From: Flavobacteriaceae bacterium
GTDB taxonomy: Bacteria > Bacteroidota > Bacteroidia > Flavobacteriales > Flavobacteriaceae
DNA: 32,000 nt
Direction: 5' to 3'
NCBI GenBank assembly: GCA_965224465.1
Contig: OZ245049.1
Span: 4,680,001 to 4,712,000, forward strand
Position 1 is the stretch's first letter; each line of letters starts with the position of its first letter. This document shows, piece by piece, positions 14,975-24,554 of this stretch. Both the position numbers and the translations under genes were made by a program. Below the pieces are notes generated by a model, which saw nothing but the letters and a program-made list of their open reading frames with translations, did not search any database and was not told the origin of the DNA.

Positions 14975-16141
14975 TTAATCACTTAAAATAATAAGTGCTT
15001 TTTTTACGCCATCACCTAGATTAAAGGAGTGACCACATTTTTTTAATGCTTTTTCTATTCCGGCAATAGTAGCAATAATATCCGATTGATTGACGATTCC
15101 CATGTGTCCCACTCTAAAATATTTGGTTTTATGACTCGGTAATAATCCACCAGCCAAAATAATATCAGATTCTTTTACGGCAGCTAAAAAATCACCTCTC
15201 GAAACATTTTTAGGATAATAAGTTGCGGTGAGTGTGTTTGCTGCAATATTATTAGAGACAGGTAAAATAGACAGTCCAATACATTGCATGGCTTCTCTAA
15301 AAGCGGTGGCTATTTGTTGATGTCTCGTAAAACGTTTTTCCATGCCTTCCTGTAGTATTAATTTCAAACTTTCCTCCAATGCCATGATTAAATTTACAGG
15401 AGGTGTTCCAAAATAAGAAGGACTTTCATTTTCGTAAGCTTTCATAATAGGAAGCCAATTGTTAAAATCTCCATAATAATTTAAAACAGGGGTTTTTCGT
15501 GTTTTAAATACCTGCATTGCCTTTTCTGAAATCATTAACAAAGCAAGTCCTGGAGGTACGCCTATTGCTTTTTGGGAAGCGGTGAGTACTACGTCTATAT
15601 GCCATTCGTCTTGGTGGATACTTTCTCCTGCTAGGGAGCAAACACCATCTAAAATAGTCAATACATTGTATTTTTTACCAAGTGCTCCAATGGGTTTTGG
15701 GGCTACAATAATTCCTGTTGAGGTATCAACATGTGTAAAAGTTAGGATTTTAAAATCTCCATTTTGTAAGGTTTTTTCGATGGTTTCAAGAGGGACAGTT
15801 TCTCCGAAACCCGCAGTCAAAACTGTGACATCAGCACCGTATCGTTCTAAAATAGTCGCGTATCGTTCTCCAAAATAGCCAGTAGAAATAACCAATGCTT
15901 TATCCCCTGGGTTTACCAAATTACAGGCAGCCATATCCATGGCGAGTGTTCCAGAGCCAGCCAAAATAAAAGGCTGACCTTTTGGGCTGAGCCAAACTTC
16001 TCGCATGTATTTTAAGGAGTTACTAAACGATTTTATAAAATTAGGTGCTACATGACTGGTTGTAGGAGCGCCTAGAATACGCAATACGGATGGTTCGAAT
16101 TCAATAGGGCCAGGGATCATTAATAATTTTCTGTTTTTCAT
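14975..16141 (-). CDS. class-V PLP-dependent aminotransferase (serine-pyruvate/alanine-glyoxylate aminotransferase family)
   Basis: 388 aa. LLMIPGPIEFEP N-terminus, GSGTLAMD, FTHVDTSTG, and the PLP-lysine motif TASQKAIGVPPGLA. Confidence 0.85.
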   Translation of the reverse strand: MKNRKLLMIPGPIEFEPSVLRILGAPTTSHVAPNFIKSFSNSLKYMREVWLSPKGQPFILAGSGTLAMDMAACNLVNPGDKALVISTGYFGERYATILERYGADVTVLTAGFGETVPLETIEKTLQNGDFKILTFTHVDTSTGIIVAPKPIGALGKKYNVLTILDGVCSLAGESIHQDEWHIDVVLTASQKAIGVPPGLALLMISEKAMQVFKTRKTPVLNYYGDFNNWLPIMKAYENESPSYFGTPPVNLIMALEESLKLILQEGMEKRFTRHQQIATAFREAMQCIGLSILPVSNNIAANTLTATYYPKNVSRGDFLAAVKESDIILAGGLLPSHKTKYFRVGHMGIVNQSDIIATIAGIEKALKKCGHSFNLGDGVKKALIILSD

Positions 16142-16183
16142 AATCTTTATGGATGTTGCGTGTTAATTCACAGAAAGTTAGTA

Positions 16184-16231
16184 AAAACAATCTCAAGGTC
16201 AAGTAAAACCTTGAAATTGTTTTGTTTTTTT
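16184..16231 (-). terminator. hairpin terminator downstream of the PepSY-TM/lipoprotein genes
   Basis: AAAAACAATcTCAAGGTcaagtaaaACCTTGAaATTGTTTTGTTTTTTT. Stem of about 13 bp with T/A runs on both strands. Confidence 0.5.
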
Positions 16232-16390
16232 AACGATTTAGCAATTGAAGTTTGATAATTTCCTAAATCTGTTTTATGAATCACTTATGGAGGGTTTAAT
16301 TCCTCTAAATTCTACCTCGAAATAGAAAATAGTTTCCCAGAAGAATGTCTCGTATCTTCGGGGCACGTCTGTTGATTTGTCTAAAAAAGC

Positions 16391-16945
16391 CTACATCAAT
16401 AAAAATAGTAGCGGAACCAAGATGCCTAAAAGGGCATATATTCCTCCCCTTCCTAAAATTCCATTTTTACCCTTTGTCATAAATAAAGAGCTTAAAGCAA
16501 ACAAAATTAGTGCAAGTGCAAATGCGTCTGAAAACCATGTCCAAGCTCTATTTGGGTTGTAGTGTAGGTAGTTGCTTTGATAAAATAGCGGGCGTTTTTT
16601 TAAATATTCTGCGGTGCCTTTTCCGCTATATGTGTCTACGACTATGGAGGATCCTCCTTTTAAAAATATTTTTAATTGTTGAGGTTTTGGGTAGTAATGT
16701 TTTTTATAATTATCTCTGTCGTCTATCTCATCTAAAAGTTGTAAAATATTTGATTTAATTTGATTAGATGCATGCAGTGGTATGCTGCTTGTGAATTGTT
16801 TTAATTCTACAGAATAGTTTGGATTCCAATCACTCATATGGTTTAAAGCGATGCCAGATATACCGTAAATTAATGCAGTGCCAATAAAAAAGAAACCGAA
16901 ATCTCTGTGAAGGATTCGGCTCCACTTGCGAATGTTTTTTAACAC
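16391..16945 (-). CDS. PepSY-associated TM-helix domain protein
   Basis: 184 aa. The N-terminus RKWSRILHRDFGFFFIGTALIYGISGIALNH is typical of the PepSY_TM family, and there is a second TM segment at the C-terminus. Confidence 0.6.
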   Translation of the reverse strand: MLKNIRKWSRILHRDFGFFFIGTALIYGISGIALNHMSDWNPNYSVELKQFTSSIPLHASNQIKSNILQLLDEIDDRDNYKKHYYPKPQQLKIFLKGGSSIVVDTYSGKGTAEYLKKRPLFYQSNYLHYNPNRAWTWFSDAFALALILFALSSLFMTKGKNGILGRGGIYALLGILVPLLFLLM

Positions 16946-16951
16946 AGGTTT

Positions 16952-17476
16952 CTATTTGATTTCTTTATGTGAAATATATTCCAAAGAATAATTAGAAAGA
17001 TGATCTGTGTTTTTTTGCTTCATTTCATCTCTATACTTTTGTATATGCATCTCTTTTTTCTTAAAATCATCGCTGTTGTTTCTTCCTTCGGAATGATTTT
17101 TTATGTTGTCGTTTTCCAATTTTAGGCAGTAGGCTTCATCAATAATTTCTTCTTTAACGATGCCTGAGAGTGTGATTTCAGAACCAATTAATGTGTCTTC
17201 AAAGCGTTTGTTTGAGGTTACATGTATTTTAGTGTTATCACTTACCAGTAGTAGTTTTTTCCCACCATGTTTACATATATGGTCCACAATACCTGTGATG
17301 GCAATTTTTTGATTTACAAATTCCCCCGCTTTTATATCAAAATTATCAATAGAAATAAGGTTTGTTACTTCGGTTGGTTTTTCTATGGGATTTGTTTCTT
17401 TTTGAGTTTCTTTTTTGTCGTTTTTACAGGAAACTAAAAATGTGATTAGAAGGATGGCGATTGCTATTTTTCTCAT
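16952..17476 (-). CDS. hypothetical lipoprotein
   Basis: Signal peptide with lipobox MRKIAIAILLITFLVSC. 6-bp gap to the downstream PepSY-TM gene, so probably co-transcribed. Confidence 0.6.
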   Translation of the reverse strand: MRKIAIAILLITFLVSCKNDKKETQKETNPIEKPTEVTNLISIDNFDIKAGEFVNQKIAITGIVDHICKHGGKKLLLVSDNTKIHVTSNKRFEDTLIGSEITLSGIVKEEIIDEAYCLKLENDNIKNHSEGRNNSDDFKKKEMHIQKYRDEMKQKNTDHLSNYSLEYISHKEIK

Positions 17477-17518
17477 TGTGATAAGGTTTTTTATAAACCT
17501 CTAAGTTAGGAGAGAAAA

Positions 17519-17557
17519 AACACATTAAAAATGATATATGTCATTTTTAATATGTTG
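17519..17557 (-). terminator. AT-rich hairpin downstream of gltD
   Basis: Minus strand reads ATTAAAAATGAcatataTCATTTTTAAT followed by GTGTTTTTT. Confidence 0.4.
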
Positions 17558-17569
17558 TAAATGTATGGT

Positions 17570-19027
17570 TTAAAGTGTTGGTAAGTCGCCAGGTCCTTTT
17601 GTAGGTAAATGACTACTTCCCATCAAATAGATGTCTAATTCTCTGGCAGCCTCGCGTCCTTCGGAAATTGCCCAAACGATTAAAGATTGCCCTCTACGCA
17701 TATCACCAGCAACAAAAACTTTGGGGTTGTTACTTTGGTAATTGGTGGCTTGGTAGTTAGATCTTGGATCTGTAATTACACCTAGCTGTTCAGCTAAAGT
17801 AGCCTCTGGGCCTGTAAAACCAAGCGCTAATAAAACCAGTTCACAAGGCCATATTTTTTCGGTACCTTCTATTTCTACTAATTGTGGTCGTCCTCCTTTT
17901 TTGAATTTCCAATCCACGTTTACGGTGGTCAAACTCTCTAAATTTCCTTTGCTGTCCGCGTTAAAAGATTTTGTGGAAATCAACCAATTCCTATCACAGC
18001 CTTCTTCATGAGAAGAAGATGTTTTTATTTGGAGCGGCCAAAAAGGCCAAGGCGTAGTTTCTGCTCTTTCGCCAGGAGGTTTTGGCATAATTTCAAAGTT
18101 TGTTACATTTTTAGCTCCTTGTCTGTTAGAGGTTCCAATACAATCGGATCCCGTGTCACCACCACCGATCACAATTACATTTTTATCAGTAGCTAGGATG
18201 TCCTCTGCATCAAAACTAATTGCTGCATTGCGTTTGTTTTGTTGTTTTAGGAAGGTCATGGCTTGTACAACTCCAGGGATTTCGTTTCCTTTAATAGGAA
18301 GGCTTCTGGTTTGTGTAGCTCCACCACAAAGCAAAACTGCATCAAACGAATCTAACTTTTTAATATCGTAATTTTTTCCGACTTCTGTATTTGTTTTAAA
18401 AATAATGCCTTCTGCTTCTAAAATTGCGACCCTACGATCGATCACTTCTTTTTCCAATTTAAAGTTTGGAATTCCGTAGCGCAATAGTCCACCTAGTTTG
18501 TCGTCTCTTTCAAAAACGGTTACGGCATGTCCAGCGCGGTTTAATTGCTGTGCGGCGGCGAGTCCAGAAGGACCAGAGCCAATAACAGCTACCGTTTTCC
18601 CTGTAGAATTCAATGGTTTTTGAGCGGTAATCCAGTTGTTTTTAAACCCTATTTCAACAATGTTTTTCTCTAAGTTTTCTATAGTAATAGGTGGTTTTAT
18701 AATTCCTAGAACGCAGGCTTGCTCACAAGGGGCAGGGCATAAGCGACCTGTAAATTCAGGAAAATTGTTTGTTGAATGTAAAATATGCAATGCTTTTTTC
18801 CATTCTGCATGGTGTACCATATCGTTAAAGTCAGGGATTAAATTCCCTAAAGGACAGGCGCTGTGGCAGAAAGGAATTCCACAATCCATACATCTAGAGC
18901 CTTGTTTTTCGATGGCTGATTTTTCTAAGGGAATGGTGAATTCCTGGTAATGTTTTAAACGTTCTCCTACGGCTTTATAAGCTTCTATCTCTCTGTTATA
19001 TTCTTTAAATCCTGCTGTTTTTCCCAT
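17570..19027 (-). CDS. gltD: glutamate synthase (NADPH) small subunit
   Basis: 485 aa. Fe-S cysteine clusters (CMDCGIPFCHSACPLGN; CPAPCEQAC), the dinucleotide motif VAVIGSGPSGLAAA, and a position immediately after gltB. Confidence 0.95.
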   Translation of the reverse strand: MGKTAGFKEYNREIEAYKAVGERLKHYQEFTIPLEKSAIEKQGSRCMDCGIPFCHSACPLGNLIPDFNDMVHHAEWKKALHILHSTNNFPEFTGRLCPAPCEQACVLGIIKPPITIENLEKNIVEIGFKNNWITAQKPLNSTGKTVAVIGSGPSGLAAAQQLNRAGHAVTVFERDDKLGGLLRYGIPNFKLEKEVIDRRVAILEAEGIIFKTNTEVGKNYDIKKLDSFDAVLLCGGATQTRSLPIKGNEIPGVVQAMTFLKQQNKRNAAISFDAEDILATDKNVIVIGGGDTGSDCIGTSNRQGAKNVTNFEIMPKPPGERAETTPWPFWPLQIKTSSSHEEGCDRNWLISTKSFNADSKGNLESLTTVNVDWKFKKGGRPQLVEIEGTEKIWPCELVLLALGFTGPEATLAEQLGVITDPRSNYQATNYQSNNPKVFVAGDMRRGQSLIVWAISEGREAARELDIYLMGSSHLPTKGPGDLPTL

Positions 19028-19029
19028 AA

Positions 19030-22000
19030 TTAAGCCGTTTTTTCTTGTTGTACATTCTCCTTCTCTTGTAATTGTAAGGCTTTTTTATAATCTGTTGGTA
19101 TCACTTTTACAAAGTTTTTTGCTAGTTGTTTCCAGTCAGAAAGGATGTATTTAGCGATTCCACTCTCTGTATATTCCACATGGTTTTCTATCATTCTTTT
19201 AAGAAATAGCATGTCTTCGATTCCTGGGGTTTCTAGTTCTACCAATTCCATATTGCACAAACCTTTTTTAAAGGTATTGTCTTTGTCGAAAATATAGGCA
19301 GTACCTCCGCTCATTCCTGCGGCAAAATTCCGTCCCGTTTTTCCTAGAATAATGACAGATCCTCCAGTCATGTATTCGCAACCATGATCTCCAATACCTT
19401 CTACGACGGCTAAGGCTCCTGAATTACGGACAGCAAATCGTTCTCCTGCAATTCCGTTGATATAAGCTTCTCCTTTAATGGCGCCATAGAGTGTTACGTT
19501 TCCAGTGATGATGTTTTTATGTGATTCAAATGTTGTTTTTTCAGGTTTTCTGATGATAAGTTTGGCTCCGGACAATCCCTTTCCTAAGTAATCATTGGTA
19601 GTTCCTTTTACTTTTAATGTAAGTCCTTTCGTGGCAAAAGCACCAAAACTTTGCCCTGCGGAACCTTTGAAAGTCAGTCTTAGAGTGTCTTCAGGCAATC
19701 CAAATTCGCCGTATATTTTTGAAATTTCATTGCTGATTATTGCACCTACAGACCTGTCGGTGTTTTTAATGTCAAAATTCAATTTCATTTTCTCTTTTCT
19801 GTAGATTGCTGGATGTGCTATGCGAACAATTTTTTGGTCTAGTACATTTTCTAAATCGTGATTTTGTTTGCAAGTATTTCTTAGGTCATCGTTACTTTCA
19901 TGTGGTGGTTGGTATAAGATGGATGATAAATCCAATCCAGATGCTTTGTAATGCTTTATGGCTTTATTTGTGTTTAGTTTTTGTACTTGTCCTACCATTT
20001 CATCAATGGTTCTAAAGCCTAGTTGCGCCATTATTTTACGCAATTCTCTTGCGATGAAATACATAAAATTAATCACATGTTCTGGTGTGCCTTTAAAGTT
20101 TTTACGTAATTCTGGATCTTGTGTGGCAATTCCTACAGGGCAGGTGTTCAAGTGGCAGGCGCGCATCATAATACAACCTGATGCTACAAGAGGGGCGGTG
20201 GCAAAACCAAATTCTTCTGCACCTAATAAACAGGCGATTGCTACATCACGTCCTGTTTTTAATTGACCGTCACATTCCAATACAATACGGTTTCTTAGTT
20301 TGTTCATCACTAAGGTTTGTTGCGCCTCGGCAATACCTAATTCCCAAGGTAAACCAGCATGTCGTAGTGATGTTAAAGGGGTTGCACCTGTTCCTCCGTC
20401 ATATCCGGAGATTAAAATAACATCGGCTTTTGCTTTGGCTACACCTGCTGCGATAGTTCCAACACCTACTTTGGAGACTAGTTTTACATTGATACGTGCT
20501 TCTCTGTTTGCATTTTTTAAATCAAAAATCAATTGTGATAAATCTTCAATAGAGTATATGTCGTGATGTGGTGGTGGTGAAATCAATCCTACATAAGGGG
20601 TTGAGTTTCTTACTTCGGCAATCCAAGGCACTACTTTTTCTGCGGGGAGTTGTCCTCCTTCTCCAGGTTTGGCTCCTTGTGCCATTTTTATTTGAATTTC
20701 TTTTGCGTTGGTTAAATAGTTACTGGAAACTCCAAAACGACCACTGGCAACTTGTTTGATCGCACTGTTTTTACTGTCTCCATTTAGCTCTTTCCTAAAA
20801 CGATTGGTGTTTTCTCCTCCTTCTCCAGAGTTGCTTTTTCCACCAATTCTATTCATTGCAATTGCCATGTTTTCATGTGCTTCCTGACTGATAGAACCAT
20901 AAGACATGGCACCTGTTTTAAAACGCTTGACAATAGCAGTCCATGGCTCTACTTCGTTCAATGGAATTGGATCGTGGTTTGTAAATTCAAAAAGACCGCG
21001 TATTGTCATTAAGCGTGTTGCTTGATTGTTAATCTGTTCTGTGTATTCTTCGTATTGTGAGAAACTGTTGTTCCGTACAGCTTGTTGTAATTTAGCAACC
21101 GTGGTAGGGTTGAACATGTGCTGTTCTCCGTTACGTCTCCACCTGTAATCACCACCTATTTTTAAAGGTAAATCAGCAGCTATTTCAGATTTTTGGAAAG
21201 CCTCTTTATGTCTTTTGTCTATTTCTCTTTCCAATTCATACAAACCAATTCCTTCAATTCTAGAAGGTGTGTTTGGAAAGTATTTGTCTACAAATGTTGT
21301 TTTTAATCCGAGGATTTCAAAAATTTGAGAAGCTCTGTATGATTTTAAAGTAGAAATCCCAATTTTATTCATGATCTTTAAAATACCCGTAGCAATGGCT
21401 TCGTTAAAGTTTTCAATAGCATCTGAGGGATCTATTTGAATGTGTTTTTCTTTAATTTGCTGACGGATAATTTCGTTCACCATATACGGGTTTATTGCAC
21501 TGGCTCCATAACCAAATAATAGGGCGAAATGATGCGGTTCTCTAGGTTCTGCAGATTCTATAATAATCCCCATTTTAGAACGTTTGTTCCGTTTTTTTAA
21601 TTGGTCGTTTACAAAAGAACATGCCAGTAACATTGGAATAGGCGCATTCTCTTTGTTTACACCTCTATCAGACAATATAATTAGGTTTGCATTGTTGTCT
21701 ACGGCTTTTTCTATTTGGTCAACAATGTTATCTAAGCTGTTTTCTATGCCGTTTAATCCTTGCTCTTTTTTGTATAAAACAGGGATGGTAAATGATTTGA
21801 AATTTGGATGTTCTATATGTTTTAATTTGTCTAAATCCTTATTAGAGATTATTGGGTTTTGTATTTTTAATTTCTGACAATGACTGTCGTCCAAATCAAA
21901 AATATTAAAGTCAGAACCAATAGTAAGACTGGTGTCAGTTACAATTTTTTCTCTAATTCCGTCTAAAGGAGGATTTGTAACTTGAGCAAATAATTGTTTG

Positions 22001-23535
22001 AAATAGTTGTACAACAACTGTGGCTGGTCTGATAAAACAGCTAAAGGGGTGTCGTTTCCCATAGATCCAATGGCTTCTTTTCCTTTAAAACTCATTGGGA
22101 TAATAAGTTTTGTCAATTCTTCTATGGTATAGCCAAAAGCACGTTGACGTGTTAGTAAAGGAATGCTTTCCTTGGGGGTTTTGTTTCCCGTGTTTTCAAT
22201 ATCACTTAAGGTTAATAGATTCTTTTTGATCCATTGCTGATAAGGATGTTTTGAAATTATTTCTTGTTTTACTTCTTCGTCATTTAATATTTTTCCAGCG
22301 TTCATGTCTACCAAAAATATTTTTCCTGGTTCCAATCTTCCGTGTCTTTCTATATTCTCGTCTGCAATTTCTACCACGCCTGTTTCTGAGGCCATAATTA
22401 CAAACCCGTCTTTGGTAACGGTGTATCTGGAGGGTCTAAGTCCGTTTCTGTCCAGCAGCGCTCCAATAAAATTACCATCGGTAAATGGGATAGAGGCAGG
22501 GCCATCCCAAGGCTCCATAATACACGAATTGTATTCGTAAAACGCTTTTTTGTCCTCTTTCATCAGGAGGTCTTTTTCCCAAGCTTCTGGCACTAAAATC
22601 ATCATAACTTCTGGAAGTGATCTTCCTGTAAGTAACAATAATTCTACGGCCATATCCATAGAGGCTGAATCGGATTTCCCTGTATTTATAATGGGGAATA
22701 ATTTGTCAATGTCTTTTCCGAAAAGATCAGATTTCATCAGTTCTTCTCTGGCATTCATCCTATTTACATTTCCTCTTAAGGTATTGATTTCTCCATTGTG
22801 ACACATGTATCTAAATGGTTGTGCCAAATCCCAAGAAGGAAAGGTATTGGTAGAAAAACGCTGGTGAACCAATGCGAGCCTAGTTACGAGTTCGGGATTG
22901 TTTAAATCTGTATAATAGCGTCCAATGTCTTCTGGCATTAACAGTCCCTTGTATATAAGTGTTTTTGTGGATAAGCTGGGGAGGTAAAAGGACTCTTTTT
23001 GTGATAGTTTACTGTCAGATATAATGTGTTCTGCTATTTTTCTTGCAGAATATAATTTGGCGTTGAACTGAAGCTCGGTTAAGTCAGCTCCATTTTTCCC
23101 AATAAAAACTTGTAGTATTTCGGGTTCTGTTTCCTTGGCGATTTCTCCTAAATGAGAGCTGTCTACAGGGACTGTCCTCCATCCTAATATTTCAAGGTTT
23201 TGGTTGTTTACTTCTTTTTCAAAAAGCTGTTTGCAATATTTTAATTGGTTGTTACTTTTTGGAAAAAACACGGTTCCTACAGCATACTCATTTGTTTTTG
23301 GTAAATCAAAATCAACATTGTTTTTAAAAAATGCATGTGGGATGTCGATAAGGATTCCTGCACCATCACCAGTACGTCCGTCCGAACTTACAGCACCGCG
23401 ATGTTCTAGTTTTTCTAAAATTTCTAATGCATCATGAATAATCGTATTTGACTTTACACCTTTTAAATTACAAATAAATCCCGCTCCACAGTTTGCACTC
23501 TCAAATTCTGGTAAATAAAGTCCTTGTTTTTTCAT
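19030..23535 (-). CDS. gltB: glutamate synthase (NADPH) large subunit
   Basis: 1501 aa. N-terminal amidotransferase Cys (ANCGAGFI), FMN/Fe-S central domain (GEGGE..., SPPPHHDIYSIEDL) and C-terminal GXGXG domain (GxAGERFAVRNSG). Confidence 0.97.
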   Translation of the reverse strand: MKKQGLYLPEFESANCGAGFICNLKGVKSNTIIHDALEILEKLEHRGAVSSDGRTGDGAGILIDIPHAFFKNNVDFDLPKTNEYAVGTVFFPKSNNQLKYCKQLFEKEVNNQNLEILGWRTVPVDSSHLGEIAKETEPEILQVFIGKNGADLTELQFNAKLYSARKIAEHIISDSKLSQKESFYLPSLSTKTLIYKGLLMPEDIGRYYTDLNNPELVTRLALVHQRFSTNTFPSWDLAQPFRYMCHNGEINTLRGNVNRMNAREELMKSDLFGKDIDKLFPIINTGKSDSASMDMAVELLLLTGRSLPEVMMILVPEAWEKDLLMKEDKKAFYEYNSCIMEPWDGPASIPFTDGNFIGALLDRNGLRPSRYTVTKDGFVIMASETGVVEIADENIERHGRLEPGKIFLVDMNAGKILNDEEVKQEIISKHPYQQWIKKNLLTLSDIENTGNKTPKESIPLLTRQRAFGYTIEELTKLIIPMSFKGKEAIGSMGNDTPLAVLSDQPQLLYNYFKQLFAQVTNPPLDGIREKIVTDTSLTIGSDFNIFDLDDSHCQKLKIQNPIISNKDLDKLKHIEHPNFKSFTIPVLYKKEQGLNGIENSLDNIVDQIEKAVDNNANLIILSDRGVNKENAPIPMLLACSFVNDQLKKRNKRSKMGIIIESAEPREPHHFALLFGYGASAINPYMVNEIIRQQIKEKHIQIDPSDAIENFNEAIATGILKIMNKIGISTLKSYRASQIFEILGLKTTFVDKYFPNTPSRIEGIGLYELEREIDKRHKEAFQKSEIAADLPLKIGGDYRWRRNGEQHMFNPTTVAKLQQAVRNNSFSQYEEYTEQINNQATRLMTIRGLFEFTNHDPIPLNEVEPWTAIVKRFKTGAMSYGSISQEAHENMAIAMNRIGGKSNSGEGGENTNRFRKELNGDSKNSAIKQVASGRFGVSSNYLTNAKEIQIKMAQGAKPGEGGQLPAEKVVPWIAEVRNSTPYVGLISPPPHHDIYSIEDLSQLIFDLKNANREARINVKLVSKVGVGTIAAGVAKAKADVILISGYDGGTGATPLTSLRHAGLPWELGIAEAQQTLVMNKLRNRIVLECDGQLKTGRDVAIACLLGAEEFGFATAPLVASGCIMMRACHLNTCPVGIATQDPELRKNFKGTPEHVINFMYFIARELRKIMAQLGFRTIDEMVGQVQKLNTNKAIKHYKASGLDLSSILYQPPHESNDDLRNTCKQNHDLENVLDQKIVRIAHPAIYRKEKMKLNFDIKNTDRSVGAIISNEISKIYGEFGLPEDTLRLTFKGSAGQSFGAFATKGLTLKVKGTTNDYLGKGLSGAKLIIRKPEKTTFESHKNIITGNVTLYGAIKGEAYINGIAGERFAVRNSGALAVVEGIGDHGCEYMTGGSVIILGKTGRNFAAGMSGGTAYIFDKDNTFKKGLCNMELVELETPGIEDMLFLKRMIENHVEYTESGIAKYILSDWKQLAKNFVKVIPTDYKKALQLQEKENVQQEKTA

Positions 23536-24020
23536 AAAGTATGTTTTGAATTATTTTCACAAAACTAATGATTTTGTTGATGATAATATAATGTATCTAC
23601 GAAAACGTTTTATTTAATAGGGGCAATTAAAAAAAGTGATAGTAAATGTGTAAATATAGTATGGTTTTTATAGGTATTATTGGGATTGAGCTTGTTTACA
23701 GCCTTTAAATTGTGAAATTGATTCTTTTTGTTAATTTTTTACGGATATAGTAAAAATTGTTATGGCTGCTATAAAAAGGCTGTTTTAGTGCCTTTTTGTG
23801 ATGGCGCGCTTGTTTTTTGTTTAGGTTTTAAGGTGTAAAAGGGGGAAATGGTTTTGATTTCAGTTGTTTTTGTATGGAATGTGTTTTTTGTTATTGACGG
23901 GGTGTTTCTATGTGAAAACATCAATGATTGACTGGTTTTGTTGTTTTAATCTTTTGTTTTTGTTGGTTTTATGTTTGAATATTCATGCTAAATTGATATA
24001 TTTATGCAAAATTACTATAT

Positions 24021-24440
24021 ATGAACATTGAATTTTGCCCAAATTGCAACTCGGATTCTTATGTAAAGAGTGGTGTAGTTAAGAATAGACAACGCTATAA
24101 GTGTAAGAAATGTAATTATTATTTTACTGTAAATAAAATGGGGAAGCAAATAGATTCCTATTATGTGAACAAAGCCTTGCAGTTGTATTTGGAAGGTTTA
24201 AGTTATCGTGAGATTGAACGGATACTAGGAATTTCCCACGTGAGTATTATCAATTGGGTAAAAAAATACAACATCAAGCGCCCGTATAGTTTTGAATATC
24301 ACTCTACATATAAGATTTTAAATGCAACGGAGTTGGCAAAGTATTTTGCATCTTCCGATAATTTAAGTGGTGCTGGGGTAATTGTGACCGAGCTAGGTGA
24401 TAAATATATGTTGATTAGGTGGGAGCGTTTTAAAGATTAA
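24021..24440 (+). CDS. solo IS1 InsA-like zinc-ribbon + HTH protein (no transposase partner)
   Basis: CPNCNSDSYVKSG...RQRYKCKKCNYYF zinc ribbon, then the HTH LEGLSYREIERILGISHVSIINWVKKY. This layout matches IS1 InsA / IS1595 N-terminal domains. There is no adjacent DDE ORF. Confidence 0.65.
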   Translation: MNIEFCPNCNSDSYVKSGVVKNRQRYKCKKCNYYFTVNKMGKQIDSYYVNKALQLYLEGLSYREIERILGISHVSIINWVKKYNIKRPYSFEYHSTYKILNATELAKYFASSDNLSGAGVIVTELGDKYMLIRWERFKD

Positions 24441-24442
24441 CT

Positions 24443-24475
24443 ATACTATTTAGCGAAATAGTATATCAGATTTTA
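24443..24475 (+). terminator. hairpin directly after the InsA-like gene
   Basis: ATACTATTTagcgAAATAGTAT (9-bp perfect stem) followed by ATCAGATTTT. The T run is weak. Confidence 0.35.
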
Positions 24476-24554
24476 ATAAAGTTGTTTTTCTTTGCAACTT
24501 GTGAAAGCAAATTTTAAGAATAAAACAATTTATTAAATTTTAAGAAATTAATTT

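Noticed and set aside
19595-23437. Multiple 63-102-aa plus-strand ORFs inside gltB, and similar ones inside gltD (18008-18950)
   Set aside because: All lie antisense within strongly supported, motif-rich glutamate synthase genes. They have no independent signals.
24021-24440. Annotating the InsA-like gene as an active IS1-family element
   Set aside because: There is no InsB/DDE reading frame or frameshift site downstream, and no terminal inverted repeats are seen in the flanks. It is treated as a solo, possibly domesticated, gene.
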